DNA from: Mobula birostris | Lineage: Eukaryota | Assembly (NCBI RefSeq): GCF_030028105.1 | Contig: NC_092398.1 | Location: forward strand, 16,372,182-16,436,181 | DNA: 64,000 nucleotides | Reading direction: 5' to 3' | Notes under the pieces: model-generated | The model's database searches: none | Told to the model about the DNA's origin: nothing | Seen by the model: the letters and a program-made list of their open reading frames with translations, nothing else | Position numbers and translations under genes: made by a program | Shown here: positions 38,868-52,284 of the stretch, in pieces | How positions within the stretch are numbered: position 1 is the stretch's first letter | How the letters are laid out: the number at the start of each line of letters is the position of its first letter

Positions 38868-39772
38868 GCATTCAGAAACAGCTCTACTACCATCTTTAAT
38901 TTCTTTATTTTTCCCTTTCAGGGGTTTTTTGAAGACCCTGACCTGAAGTTACATGGTGACTATGGTTCTTTGCAGGACTGGGACATGCTCTTGATGTTTC
39001 AGGACTGGTTGTTGTTCAGCACACCAAGGGCTCGGCTTAAGTATGTGGTTCGACTCTGGAGGCCTAGGAATTCGGGCCTCTGGGGATGGCCAGATCGAGG
39101 GTCGTTGTCAAGACTGGAGATCCACGTGTTGTTGGTGAGTCAGAATATCTGAGCTTTGTGCCCAGAGACTCGTGATCTTTGGGCACAGAGCACAAAAAAA
39201 GCGATGCGGTGGACCTTTAACATTGTAAATTTGTGAGTTGTTTGTTATGTCTCCCCTCTTGCTGTGAAAATGGACACACCTCTTTCGCCCTTATTGGGGA
39301 GAGAGAGGACCTGTGGTATGTCGAATGCCGGGTGAACAATGCAGCCTTTGGGGTAACTGCAAGTCTGTGTCTTTGTTGGAAGAGGTACAGTTGATGTTTC
39401 AGGCTGAGACCCTTTGTCTCGGTCTGAAATATCGACTGTACCTCTTCCTAGAGATGCTGCCTGGCCTGCTGCGTTCACCAGCAACTTTGATGTGTGTTGC
39501 TTGAATTTCCAGCATCTGCAGAATTCCTCGTGTTTGCTGTGTCTTTGTTGTTGCTTTGCTGCACGCTTGACTGCTCAGTGGCGGGTGCCGATGCTTCATT
39601 TTTGCCGGTGGGGGGGAGTGGGTTTGTTGCTTCCTGCCACTTACACGTAGGAGGGGGAGCTGTGGGGGGACGACTTTGGGGTTTTAACATTTGACGGTCC
39701 TTCATTCTTTGGGGCAATCCTCTGTTTTCATGGGTGGTGGCGAAGAAAAAGCATTTCAAGGTGTATATTCTG
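38868..39772 (+). mobile_element. Unit-specific non-autonomous LINE-like insertion with nested Penelope hairpin (39379-39536)
   Basis: Absent from paralogous site near 28870-28910; nested insert has 14-bp TSD ctgtgtctttgttg at 39365-39378 and 39537-39550. Confidence 0.65.
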
Positions 39773-39924
39773 AGCAACATTGATACACAGAGGGATGTTG
39801 GAGTCTGAGTCCATGGCTCCCTGGTAATGGCTACACAGGATGTTCGTCTGGTGAAGAATGCGTATTACGTGCTTGACTTTATTAGTTGAGGTGACTGCGG
39901 GAGTCAGGAAGTTATGTTGTAGTT

Positions 39925-40315
39925 TTAGTTTGGAATGTACCGAGGCCATCTCTAGAGCACTGTCTGAGCATCCTCTGGAATAGTCTATAAATCTAGTTAG
40001 GCCTTCTCTAGAGTACTGACTAGGCTTCCCCTGGAGTAGAGTCCAAAACTCCAGTTAGACCTCCTATGGAGTCTGAAAGTCCAGTTTGGACTCCACTGCA
40101 GTAGTTTAGGCCTCCTCAAGATAAAAAAAAAACTGGTTAGGCCATATCTGGAGTGTAGTCTAGGTCTCATCTGGAGTAGTCTAAAACTCTAGTTAGACCT
40201 CCTCTGGAGTGGAGTCTAAAGTCTAGTTAGGACTCCTGTGGAGTTGAGTCTAAAAGTCTAGTTAGGCCTTCTCTGCAGTAGAGTTTAAAAGGCAAGTTAG
40301 GTCTCCTCTGGAGTG
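39925..40315. repeat. CR1-derived minisatellite, second copy (shorter copies at about 44645-44770 and 61420-61495)
   Basis: Same unit as 29050-29395. Confidence 0.85.
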
Positions 40316-41236
40316 CTGATCAAAAATCTAGTTCAGCCTTCTCAAAGTTGAAAGTTCAAAGTACATTTTATTATCAAAGTATGTATAAATTATACAATCT
40401 TGGGATTCATCTGCTTACAGGCAACCACAAAACCATATTTAAAAAAAAAGACAAACACCTAATCTATAGAAAGATAAAAAAAAAACAAATCATACATGGA
40501 AATAATAAAGCAAGCATCAACATTCAGAATGAAATTGAGTCCATAAACCTTAAAGCCAAAGAGGATTAGAGTAAAAAATTCCATTTCGGCCTTCTCTGGT
40601 TTGTAGCCCAAGAGACAAGTTAGGGCTCTTCTGGAATACTATATTCAAGTCTGGTTGGTGCATTATAGGAAAAAAAAATTGAAGACAACCCAATTTTGCC
40701 CAACTTCTCATTGTAGCACAAGCCTTCTAATCCAGTCAACATTCAGAATCAGTTTTAATATCATTGGTATATGTCAGGAAATTTGCCGTAATCCTCTTTT
40801 CTCACCCTCTCCAAAGCCTCAACATCTTTCTTGTAATGGAGCAAACAGAACTGTATGCAGTACTCCAGATGAGGCAGAACCAGAGTTCTATAAAGTTCCA
40901 ATATAATAGTTAATAGATCATATTCACAGCTATTAAATCACTTAAACAACAGCAAACATCGTCACCTCTATCTGCTCTGTGTAAAGTTTTGTGTGAGAAA
41001 ATTGTGATAAACTGATTGATGTGAGAGGGCAAAATGTCTGTGTTGGGGCAACGGGCAGGAAGAGCAACAATGGCATTGTACGAAGCAATGGAAAGATTCA
41101 TCAACAGAAACATTTACCTCCAAGAGTAAAACAAGCTTGTAGCGATCCAGTATCAAATTATGAGTACAACTCTTCCCTGGAAACTAAGTGGCTCTTAAAA
41201 GTGCCGTTGGGTTTGTCTTATCAGCACTCAGCCGCT

Positions 41237-41608
41237 TCATTTGGAACTGGTGTACTTGGTCACTGCTTTTGTCCCTTCCAACACGATGCACTTGGCCAGT
41301 TCCCAGGATAGCAGCAGGCGAATGGTGGTCTGGATCTCCAGGGAGCTGAAGGTCAGCTACTTATTCTAATGGGTTAGACGGGAAGCCTCACCCATGATGA
41401 GCTCATAAATGTTGTTCACAAATGAGCTCATGATGCTCATGGAGTTGGAGGAGATGCTGGTATCTGGGTGAACTTGCTTCATCACCTTGTACACAACGAT
41501 GGAGTAAGTCTCCTTCCTCATCCTTTTACACTTCTTGCCTCCCTTGCTTTGCGCTTCAAACACAGTTTTCTTTGTGCCCTTCTTGGCAGCTTTGGAGGGT
41601 TCACGTAT
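41237..41608 (-). pseudogene. Histone H2B type II pseudogene
   Basis: ATG mutated to ATA; premature stop at 41366; many substitutions; stem-loop at 41190-41205 mismatched. Confidence 0.9.
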
Positions 41609-41759
41609 TTCTTAGTTCAGTTTCAGACAGAGGTAGCATGGTCCCAACCCTGTGCTAATGAGAAATCAGCAGAATTACAATCCCATTATTAGATTTGTAC
41701 GAATGAAAGCTAACATTTCAATCTAACCCTTTGATTGGACAATGTGAATGGATCTACCA

Positions 41760-42740
41760 CAGCCCAGGATGACCACAGTAAAAGGCTTAGCGGTGGTTCA
41801 TTGGTCAACATGAGGAGACATAAAGTTGGTTATCTAATATTGGCAACATTAGTAGAGTGTTGGGAGCACTTCATTCATAAGGTCTTCAGCTCTGGGTGGA
41901 TGGGAAATGTATGGGTACAAAATATTGGCTTGTTTCATGTGAAATATGATCCCTGTGTACCCCTTTCAGTCACTCCATGAATTTTCCCTTTGCATGTGTT
42001 GATTTAAGCCTTCAAGAAAATATCATGATGAAGAAAGATTCTATATCAGTAGCACAGACAGTTCAGTGATAAATGCAAAGCAGACATAATAGATTCTTAT
42101 ACTCTACACAGATGGTTTGAAAGATCCAGTGTCAGGTCGTTCAGCTGTTTCAGTTTTGTTCTAAAGTTTGAGGTGACTATTAAGAAAAGATTATCAGATA
42201 ATGTATCAGAATACACATCAAATGTATTTGCTATCATTTCAGCCTTGGAATGGGTTAAAGAAGTAGGCCCTAATTCTGAATATCTGTGCTTTGATTGTTT
42301 TTCGGTTTTGTTTATTATGTGAAGTGTTGTATGTCATTGGCGATCATAGTCTTTCCATGATCATGACTGCTCATAGCAAATTTTTCTACTGAAGTAGCTT
42401 CTGTTGCCTTCTTCTGGCCAATGCCTTTACAACTTGTGGGTTTGCCATCTATTAAAACAGGTACATTGAACTACAGCCCAAAAATTCTTCTTTTGATTGG
42501 ACAACAGTCATTGAGGTTACAGGATCTAGGCTTGTGTATGCAAGTGGCAGATGTTCCAGCCAACTAATCATTTAAAGTTAAGGATATCAAAGTAGTATTG
42601 CCTTTGGAAATATGAGAGATGAAGGCTATAATTGAAAGGTCAATTTGATCAAAGTGGCAACAAAGTTTGCATAAGAAAAGGATGGTATTTATATCAAATT
42701 TAGCTGGGGAAAACTCATCTGGGAGATGTGTATAAAAGGA
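41760..42740 (+). mobile_element. I/Nimb-like LINE fragment, paralog of 21650-23040, 3'-truncated by deletion
   Basis: LYTDG RNase H motif near 42102-42116; collinear with the first copy. Confidence 0.7.
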
Positions 42741-42749
42741 GGACACGCT

Positions 42750-42910
42750 TTGCCAGCCTGTCAGGTACCCGAGCACAGCAGCCAGATGGACAGAGGCTCC
42801 AGCACCCACCCACTCAGCAGAGCTGCCCATTCTCGTGAGCCTGTCAACATGGCCCAATGGGAACCGGGCCGGAGACGAGCTTTCTTGCCGGTTATACTTT
42901 GTCCACTCAT
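42750..42910 (-). pseudogene. Histone H2A pseudogene C (5' half only)
   Basis: MSGQSITGKKAR, then frameshift; AEWVGAGASVHLAAVLGYLT; 3' half and stem-loop deleted. Confidence 0.85.
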
Positions 42911-43449
42911 TTCAACACCCAGCGAGTGAGGTCCTCGGCCTTTTTGTATATGCTACTGGATGCAGGAGCGGTGGAACAAAGCTTTCGCTCAATGGAGAGC
43001 AAATTAACCAATGAGAGAGCCGACCTATTTATCATTCAAAATCAAAAGCGCGGAAATAACTGCTTACCCGCCGAAAATAAACTGAAACTTGAACAGCCCG
43101 CCAAAAATCCTTCGATCAAACCTATTTTAAAATAAAATGATTGCTGATTTGCTTGTCAGCAAATTCTCCGCATTAATCCATAACTGAAGCCCGTCACATC
43201 TGATGTTTGAGTATAGCTAAAATTTCAAGTGTCTGGGGATTTCATTCAGAACAAAATTCAATTCTCAGTTGCTGTCCCCGGTCAGTCATTGTGTGAACTG
43301 TATCGTTATGAATGAGTTGCTCTTCTCAAACTATGGCTGGAGTTTAGCTTGCGATTTTGACAAATTACTGGCGAAAGCACCGTTTGGCATTGAAATTGAA
43401 TTCACAGAATATAACGAAAAAATACAGCTCTGTTAATGAAATAGTGAGC

Positions 43450-43465
43450 GGCTCTTAAAAGAGCC
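43450..43465 (-). terminator. Histone 3' stem-loop of H2B copy 3
   Basis: Minus GGCTCTTTTAAGAGCC, then HDE-like aacagagctg. Confidence 0.93.
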
Positions 43466-43497
43466 TTTGGGTTTTCGGTTTGTTTTGGCGACACTCT

Positions 43498-43869
43498 TCA
43501 CTTGGAGCTGGTGTACTTGGTCACTGCCTTTGTCCCTTCCGATACGGCGTGCTTGGCCAGCTCCCCGGGCAGCAGTAGGCGCACTGCGGTCTGGATCTCC
43601 CGAGAGCTGATGGTCGACCGCTTGTTGTAATGGGCTAGGCGGGAAGCCTCGCCAGCGATGCGCTCGAAAATATCGTTCACGAACGAGTTCATGATGCTCA
43701 TGGCCTTGGAGGAGATGCCGGTGTCGGGATGAACCTGCTTCATCACTTTGTAGATATAGATGGAGTAACTCTCCTTCCTCACCCTCCTACGCTTCTTGCC
43801 AGGCTTGCCTGATGGTTTCGGCAGCGCTTTCTTAGCGCCCTTCTTGGGAGCAGGCTTCTGATCGGGCAT
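43498..43869 (-). CDS. H2B: Histone H2B copy 3 (123 aa)
   Basis: Intact [13 protein letters not shown]...KYTSSK; TATA box mutated. Confidence 0.95.
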   Translation of the reverse strand: MPDQKPAPKKGAKKALPKPSGKPGKKRRRVRKESYSIYIYKVMKQVHPDTGISSKAMSIMNSFVNDIFERIAGEASRLAHYNKRSTISSREIQTAVRLLLPGELAKHAVSEGTKAVTKYTSSK

Positions 43870-46800
43870 TTCTTCAGTCGAGTTCAGACTCAAATAAGCA
43901 GAGTAAACTTCGGAGAGCCGATGAAATCGGAAAGGCTGACGTCAGTATGCTAATCAAGGAATGGAAAATCTGAGGATGTTCATTGGCTACTTTGAGAGAC
44001 GACTCACCATCGAAATTATTACGACAAATCCTAGTTTGGATATCAGAGTCTCCACCAATCAGAAGCCTCTCCCAGTCTGCGGGCCGGGAACCTTGCCAAC
44101 CCGTGCGGTTTATTGCCACAGAGAGATTAAGAGGGCAGAGAGTTGTTGCTGACATTAAACAAAGGAAAACGTAAAATTCAAACGCAGATAAAATAAACTC
44201 ACATTCAGCTGAAAAGCTCAAAGTAAATTTATTATCAAATTACACATATGTCACCAAACATGATTCATTTTCTTGCGGGCATACTTAGTACGTGGAAAAC
44301 AGAATACTATCTATAATAGAATAAATTGGAGACTATATCAATTTGGCATTCAACCAGTGTGCAAAAGACACAAATAGTGCAATTAAAAAAGAAAGAAAGG
44401 ATATTAATAATAAATAAAGAATATATACTGAGAATGCCAGTTGAAGGGTTCCTAAAAATGAAATCAAGTTGTGCAAACTTTTCAATGATGAAGAACATTT
44501 ATCCACTTTGTTTCAAGAACCTGAATGTTGAGGGATAATAACCATTCCTGAAACTGATGGTGACTCCTGAGGCTCTTTTACCTTTGTCCTGATAGCAGAC
44601 TGGAATACAGCATGTCCTGGGTGCTGTTGCACTAATAAAAAATTAGTTAGGCTGTCACTGGAGTGGAGTCTAGGCCCCTTCTGGAGTCGTATAAAACTCT
44701 AGTTAGGCCTCCTCCGGATTAGAGTCTAAAGTTTAGTTAGGACTCCTGTGGAGTTGAGCTAAAATTCTAGTTTTTTTTAATTCTCTGGCTCCAATTCAGC
44801 CTTCTCAAAGTTTAAAGTTCAAAGTGCATTTTATTATCAAAATATGTAAAAAAAAGTATTGAATCTTGGGATTCATCTGGTTACATGCAGCCTCAAAACC
44901 CAATTTAATAAAAAGATCAATACCCAATCGACAAAGATAAAAAAAAACAAATCAATTCATGCAAATAATAAAGCAAGTGTCAGTATTCAGAATGAAATTG
45001 AGTCCATAAACCTGAAGCCAAAATGGATTAGAGAATAAAAGTCCAGTTCGGCCTTCTCTTGATTAGAGTGAAAGAGACAGTTAGTCCTCCTCTGGAACAC
45101 TACATTCAAGTCTGGTTGGGGCATTATTGGAAAGAAGTGAAGACTTTGGAGATGATTTAGAATGGATTTAGGCCATAAGAACAGAAATAGGTCATTCAGT
45201 GCATTGACTTTGCTCTGTCATTCCATCATATTTGAGTTATTATCCTGGTCAATCACATTCTTCTGCCTTCTCCCTGTAACCTTTGACTCCCTGACTAATC
45301 ATGCACCTATCATATTCCATTTTGAATATGCTCAGTGACTTGACCTCCACAACTGTCTGTGATAATGAATTCCACTGAATAAGTATTAACTGGCATAAGA
45401 AAGTCCTCCTCACCTCTGTTCTCAATAGCAATCTCTCTATTCTGTGGTCATGCCATTTGGTCCTAGACTCACCCACTACATGAAACATCCTCACCACATC
45501 TACTGTATTTATGCCTTTTAATATTTGATAGGCTTCAATTAGATCACCCCTCAGTCTTCTAAACTTCAATGAGTTGAGATCCAGAGCCATCAAATGCACA
45601 AAATACATTCACGCTTTCACTCCTGGAATCATTCTTGTGAACCACTTCAGGACCCTCTTGAATGCCAGCAGAACTTTTTTTTCAGATACTAGGCTAAAAA
45701 CTGCTCACAATACTGCAAGTGCAGGCCTTATAAAAAAAAAAGCCTCCGCTTTACATCCTTGCTTTTATGTTTTTGTCCTGTCAAAATGAATACTAACATT
45801 TAATTTCCCTTCCTTACCTCTGACTCAACCGACAAGATGTGCTTTATGGAATCCTGCACAAGTACTCCCGAGTCCCTTTGAATCTTCTCCCTCTTTAGAA
45901 AATAGTCTATGCTTTCTTTCTTCTATCAAAGTACATGACCAAACACTTCAATACACTATCTGAAATGCCTTTGTCCATCCTCCAAGTCTGTCAAGGTCCT
46001 TTTGCAGACTTACACCTTCTTCAAAACTTCCTGCCTCTCCATCTATATTTGTATCATCCATTAATAGGACCAAAAGGAGCTGCAGAGGGTTATAAATCTA
46101 GTTAGCTCCATCTTGGGTACTGGCCTACAAAGTACGCAGGACATTTTCAGAGTCTCAAAAGACAGCATCCGTTATTAAGGACCTCCAGCACCCAGGGCAT
46201 GCCCTGTTCTCAGTGTTACAATCAGGTAGGAGGTACATAAGCCTGAAAGCACATGCTCAGCGATTCAGGAAAAACTCCTGAAGTGGCTCCTCTGCCATTC
46301 AATTCCTAATGGACATTGAATCTTTGGACACTAACTCACTTTTTAAAATTTAAAATACTCCTCTTTTTTTGCACTTAAAAAAGATCTATTCAACACATGT
46401 ACACTGTAATTGATTTAGTCTGATTTTGAATCTGAACCTGGCCACAATGCGGTCAATTCCATCATACAAATCATTTACATATAACATGAAAATGAGTGGT
46501 CTCAACACAAAACCTTGCAATAAACCACTAGTCACTGGCAGCTAACCAGAGAAAGGCTCTGTTATTCACATTTTTTGCTTCCTGTTCTTCGGCCAGTCTT
46601 CTATCCATACTGGTACCTTTTCGATAATACCGCGGGTTCTTACATTCTTAACCAACCGCATGTTCAGGAACTTGCATAAACCTTTCTGAAAATCCAAATA
46701 AACAACATCTACTGACTCTCCTTTGTCTATTTTGCCTGTTATTTCCTCAAAGAATTGTAACAGCTTTGTCAGGCAAGATTTCTTCTTTTGAAAACCCTGT

Positions 46801-47221
46801 TAACTTTGGCCTATTTTATCATGTGCCTTCAAATACCCCCAAAATTCATCAGTAACTATGGTCTCCAACAACTACCCAACCACTGAAGTCAGAGTATAAT
46901 TTCCTTCCTTCTGTCTCCCTCCCATCTTAAAAGTGGAATGACGTTTTCAAATTACCAGTTCTTTGGAACTGTTCCTGAATCTAGTGATCCTTGAAAGATC
47001 ATTATTATTGCCTCCACAATCCCATTCAGATCCCATTTGGTCTAGCTGACTTATCTACCTTAAGACATTCCAAACATCTTCTCGCTCCAATAGCAACTGC
47101 ATTCACTTATGTCCCCTGATACTCTCCAACGTCCATCATACTGCTAATTTCTTCTACAGTGGGGACTGATGCAAAGTAATTATTTAGTTGATCTGTAATT
47201 CCCTTGTCCCCTGTTACTACC

Positions 47222-50200
47222 TGATTTTGATCAGCTCAGCATGGGTGCATGAAGCTATTGGCCAGAAGAAACTGCAGTCTAATCAAGGAGAGGGGAAGCA
47301 GACAATCCAGTTGTCTTGGTTTGACCCTTTTTGTGGACTCTGAACTGATTCTTGCTGTTGGATAATCTAATCAGAGCAACTGAAGGTGGACACAGGAAGC
47401 TTCCAGTAATGATCTGCTAAACCCTAGAGCATTCTCAAACAAGTAGCCACTTGTTATGCAAAGGGCGTGGACTCTGATCTGATTTTTTTTAACTCTGGGA
47501 CAATGTTTTTTTTTACAAAATATACTTTATTCAAAAATAAAATTATGTACAATAAAACATGCAATGACTCTCAATCCTTTACAGACATTTCCATTATGGT
47601 CTATGCATTTCCACACTTTTAGCCACACACATGGCACTCTGTTGTTTCACCTTTCCACACCATTGTTGAGGGGTATACTCCCTGCCACCCAACCCCTCCC
47701 ACACCTCTGGGAGAAGAACCCTAAACCGTGGTCCTTCCCCACTGGGCCCTTGTGGTGGGTGCACCAAGTTTCAGCGCGTCCCTCAGAGCAACAAACCTGA
47801 GACCATTCTCAGAGGAGTAGCTACTTGTCATGTAAAATGCCAGAACTACACTCTGCAGTCTCATTAAACTCTGTCTGGGTTGCCTCAGTTTACTGGTTAG
47901 GACCAGTCAGAGTGTAAAGGCAGAAATACACAGGGCTGGGGTGGGCATAGACATGAGGCAATGTTGGTTGTAGCCCTGTACAATGATCAGTAAGAAGGTG
48001 ACCCAGGTAGGTCAGGTGACCTTGAGCCAGTGGGATGGAGATGCAATGGTTCAATTGAGGAGGAACAGTATATGACCCAGCAGTTCTAAATACGCAGGTG
48101 TGATAACTCTCCAGCAGCCAGAGACCAACCATTGCAGATAAGGAGGACCCCACGGACACATGGAGATTGGGACCATGAGGAATCCCTGTCCAGTGTAGTC
48201 TCCTTGTCTGTGTAATACCTTCTCTCTTCATTGACCGTTCATGGAGTGTCAGATGTTCTAATATGGAGCACACAGGTATGATTGGAGTGTGAACCAGCAT
48301 GCTTTTTAGTTGAAATAATAAAGTTACTTGTTGGCAAATATAGATTTTCTGCACCTTACTGATCTTTATTACAAGGGGCAATTCTTGTAACAGAATTGGC
48401 TTCCCTGGGTGGGCTCGTGGATAAATCTCTTTGTTCAGCAGGAGACTCGAGTCAGGCCACGTGTGTGAGGTACAGAGATCTGGGGCTGGGTATTTAGTGG
48501 TTACTGACCCAGGATGAAGAATTCAGGAAATTCTGCAAGTCCACAGGACTTGGATTGTTTTGATTCGAGGGGATACCTCCTGAAATACATACTGGGGGAG
48601 GTGGCTGCAATATGAGGAGTTTGCTGGTCACCCTGGCTGTGAAGGGAAAACTGTTGGTGATGCCCTATGGAAAATCACCCAAGGGAATCTGTTGAGCAGG
48701 AAGTTTAAACAATTACAAAAAACAGTAGCAGTTGGTTGTTTTATTGAAGATTTGATAGAGTTATGACAAAATGCTAAAGCAGAATGGCATAGGTTAGAAT
48801 CAGAAAATAAATGTTGGTAGAAAGCAGAAGCCCAGCAAAATATATTACCACAGGAAATCTAAAAATATCGGCATAAATCTGAGGCCGAGCGAGATAGGTT
48901 CGAAGGAAAACATAGAAGGCTCGAAAGGAGTTAGAAACCTTTAGAGAAAAGGTTACTGATTTATAGGATCAGAGAGGCATAGACTTGATGCATATGAACC
49001 AGTTTCAGTTAAAATGTGAGAAATTACTTAAACGGAAATGTAAACTAGAGAAGCAGCTGAACTAGAAAAGGATGAAGTAGAAGGATTAAGGAAACAGTGA
49101 AGTGACTTAAAGACAGCTATGAATGTGATTCAGAAATCAGCACAAGTATTGCACAATCATGCAAAGTATTTAAAGCATATTCAAACACTGCAGGACCAAC
49201 TTGCATAGCGAGGTATAATATGTGCTTTTGGATCTGAAAAAGGGAAAGGTGAATATGGAGATATTGATTGGCATTTGTAGATGAAGCTACTAGAAACAGT
49301 TACGATAATTACGGAGCATCACTTACCAAGCAAATCCCGCCTACACCATACCAACTGGAGCCAGTCTCACTGTCTGCACGATTGGCACCCCTAGTTACTA
49401 TCAGAGAGGGGATCAGGGGAGCAAACCAAAAGCAGAATATAATATACACCACACCGTTTGGGGTACAGCACCTTAGAGATATTGCTGAGGATATCCAGAG
49501 GTGTGCTCGGAGACTAATCTCGAGAGCTTTTCTAAGCAACTAATCATCAGAGAATAATACACTGCTGAGATGACTCTGAGGAGAGGAAATTGAGTATATT
49601 GTGTTTACACACAAATTTACACTCAGCTTTACCAGGTATACAACGACATGGTGGGGAACAAGTGAAGAACTGAAAAACACAATAACGACTGTTATGGGTG
49701 TTAACGGAGGGGACCCAGTAAACGCGCCAGCCAAATGTTACCAGAGAAAAGGTCAACATCTCACTGTATTTGCATACCATTTATGAACTATATTCCAAGG
49801 GGTTTATGGGACAGCATTAGAGTGGGACCATTTAGGACCAGAGGGCTCAAATAGTTGATTGAGGACACTGGTGTCTCACTGTATCGATGAATGTAAAAAG
49901 GCAGTGAAAATGTTTGATCCTTTCTGAACCCACACATACTGAGGCATGTTTACAGAGGAAAATGTGTAGAGCGTAGGAAAAGGAGATACAAAGCCCAACT
50001 AAACTCCCTAATGGGAAGGTGACGCCTATTAAAAGTCAGTCAACTACATGAAGAAATGAGGGTAGGGGACCTACAGCGAGGGCCTCCCTGCCACACTATC
50101 AAGGGGCAAGGAAGAGCAGAGGAAATGGAACAGGCAGAACTGAAGGTGGAGTAATTCAATGCTATAACTGTGGTCAACAGGGGCACAATAAGAGAGAAGG

Positions 50201-52070
50201 TCCAAGCCTGAGACAAGAAAGAGCAGAACAATGTGGTTTGCCCTTGGAGGGGCCAGAAAGACGGAGCCCATAAAATAACATGGCTGAGACACCACCATCC
50301 AGGGAACTGTACCCTAAGCTTCAATGACAGTATCAGGCCTCACCAACACGGGTGTGTGACAAAACGTGGGATGAAACCGGAAGATCTCCAGTGAGTGGTA
50401 GAGTCAGAGGATGCCCTGTTACCTTTTTATGGGATACAGGAGGATCCCGAACCACAGTGAACACCACTAATATAAATAATGCAAATTGAAAGATACAAGG
50501 TAAAATTATCCTAAGTGGATTCACAGGCCATTCACAATTTGGACGTGTGAGTGTAGTATTGGAAGTTAGAATTGGAGACAGATCATTGAAACAGTTAATA
50601 GTGTTGGCGGAATTACCCAAGGAGCAGGACCATATACAGGGGTGTGATTATATGGCCAAAGCAGGGCTTTGTTTTGACCAAGTTAATTGTATGATTTGGC
50701 AGATGCCAACATGGGCATGAATATCATACACAACATGCAGATCCCAGCAGGAGTATATCAGGATAGAAGATGTACAATGGGTGAAATGTGGAGAAAACTG
50801 GAGGAGATGAGCAATGATCAATAACAGCCCCAACTGTAGCAACTAACTGTGGACAAACAGAATAAAAGAGCGCTATGGTTCACAGTTTTGGACATAAATA
50901 ACGGATTTTTGTTAATTCACATTTGCATTTACCTTTCAGGGGCAGCAGTATACATGGATTGCCCTACCACAGGGGTTCCATGGTTCCCCGTCCGTATTTC
51001 ACCAATATTTAGATGAAGGGTTAAAATGGTTTTCAACACCCAAATGCTTGGTGCAATATGTAGATGATCTCCTCCTGTGGACGGAAACCAAGCAGAACCT
51101 TTTTAATTGGGACAGAATGTAAACTCTAAAAAAGCACAGGTAATGAAGCAAGAAGTTAGTTATTTGGAAATGATCCTGACACTGGGAAGAAGAGAAATTG
51201 AGAAGCGAAGAGTAGAATCGGTTATGAAACGGCACATTCTCTGAGACCTGAAAGGGCTACGTTCTTTTCTGGGGCTGGCAGGACACTGTAGGGATCACAT
51301 TGATGGATTTTTCACGAAAGCAGCTTCTTTAGTGGAGTTACTGAAAAAAAAATGTGGAGTGGGAATGGAAATAAGAACACACCCAGGCCATCACAGCTCT
51401 GAAACAAGCACTGGCTGCTGTACCTGCATTAAAAACCCCAAATCCAAATGAGTCATTCTCATTCGAGGTGGCAAAAAATGATATCACCCTCTCAGCAGTG
51501 CTGTTACAGGAGACACATGGGAATTCAAGACCAGTCATGTATGCATCACACATGCTCTCTCCAGTAGAACAGGGGTATACTGTATGTGAAAACCACTTGT
51601 TAGCAGTTTTCAGTGTGGTACAACATTTTGCCTACATAGTGGGACTTAATTCACTTACAATACTGACAGAACATACCCCCACACAATTACTGTTAGCTGA
51701 AAGGATTAAAGATGGTTCAGTAAGCAAAAACAGAATTGCTAGATAGACACTGCTGCTGCAAGAAAGAAATATTAGTGTATAGTGAGTAAACACTACCACT
51801 ATGTGTACCAAGGAACTGAACATGAGTGTCAAATTATGATAGGAAATGATCCCAAGGCCATATTTGTATCAAAACAAAAATTAGGGGGTAGAAGTAGATC
51901 AGATAGAGTAATGACTGAGAACAAAGACAACTGGCTTGTCTGCTTCCCCTGTCCTTGATTAGACTACAGTTTCTTCTGGCCAACAAAGCAGAACCAATGC
52001 AGTCATTGATATGACACAAGATAAGACAGACAGTATTACCAGTGAAGGCAAGGAACATGGACTGTTCCAC
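47222..52070 (+). mobile_element. Degenerate endogenous retrovirus (5' LTR, PBS, gag, pro, partial pol), foamy/loki-like
   Basis: LTR ends TGTAACA at 48392 with AATAAA near 48317; PBS 48397-48414; protease FLWDTGG at 50424-50444; RT WFTVLDINNGF, LPQGFHGSP 50964-50990, YVDD 51057-51068; tether domain in ORF 51468..51746; many stops; 5' boundary uncertain. Confidence 0.85.
48397..48414 (+). promoter_or_regulatory. Primer binding site complementary to tRNA-Asn
   Basis: TGGCTTCCCTGGGTGGGC matches 17/18 the complement of the vertebrate tRNA-Asn(GUU) 3' end TGGCGTCCCTGGGTGGGC (recalled sequence); match extends through TCG. Confidence 0.88.
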
Positions 52071-52284
52071 GTACCTATCACCAATCACTTTCCAGCCAGT
52101 CTTTGTTCCTACACACCCACCACCCCAACCTACCTACTACAGCAATTTCCCTCTTTCATTTCAGTCCTAAAGAAGCGTCTCTACCCGAAACGCCAGCGGT
52201 TTATTCATGTCCATAGATGTTGGCTGACCCGCTGAGTTTCCAGCAGTTTTCATTCAAGTGTTGCTCTGGATTTCCAGCACCTGC

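Noticed and set aside
47212-47217. TGTTAC as the exact 5' end of the ERV LTR
   Set aside because: It matches the 3' GTAACA but also fits the flanking CR1 sequence, and no 3' LTR or TSD is available to confirm
47890-48381. 163-aa minus-strand ORF in the ERV LTR as a possible accessory gene
   Set aside because: No recognisable motif, non-ATG start, and the rest of the element is heavily decayed
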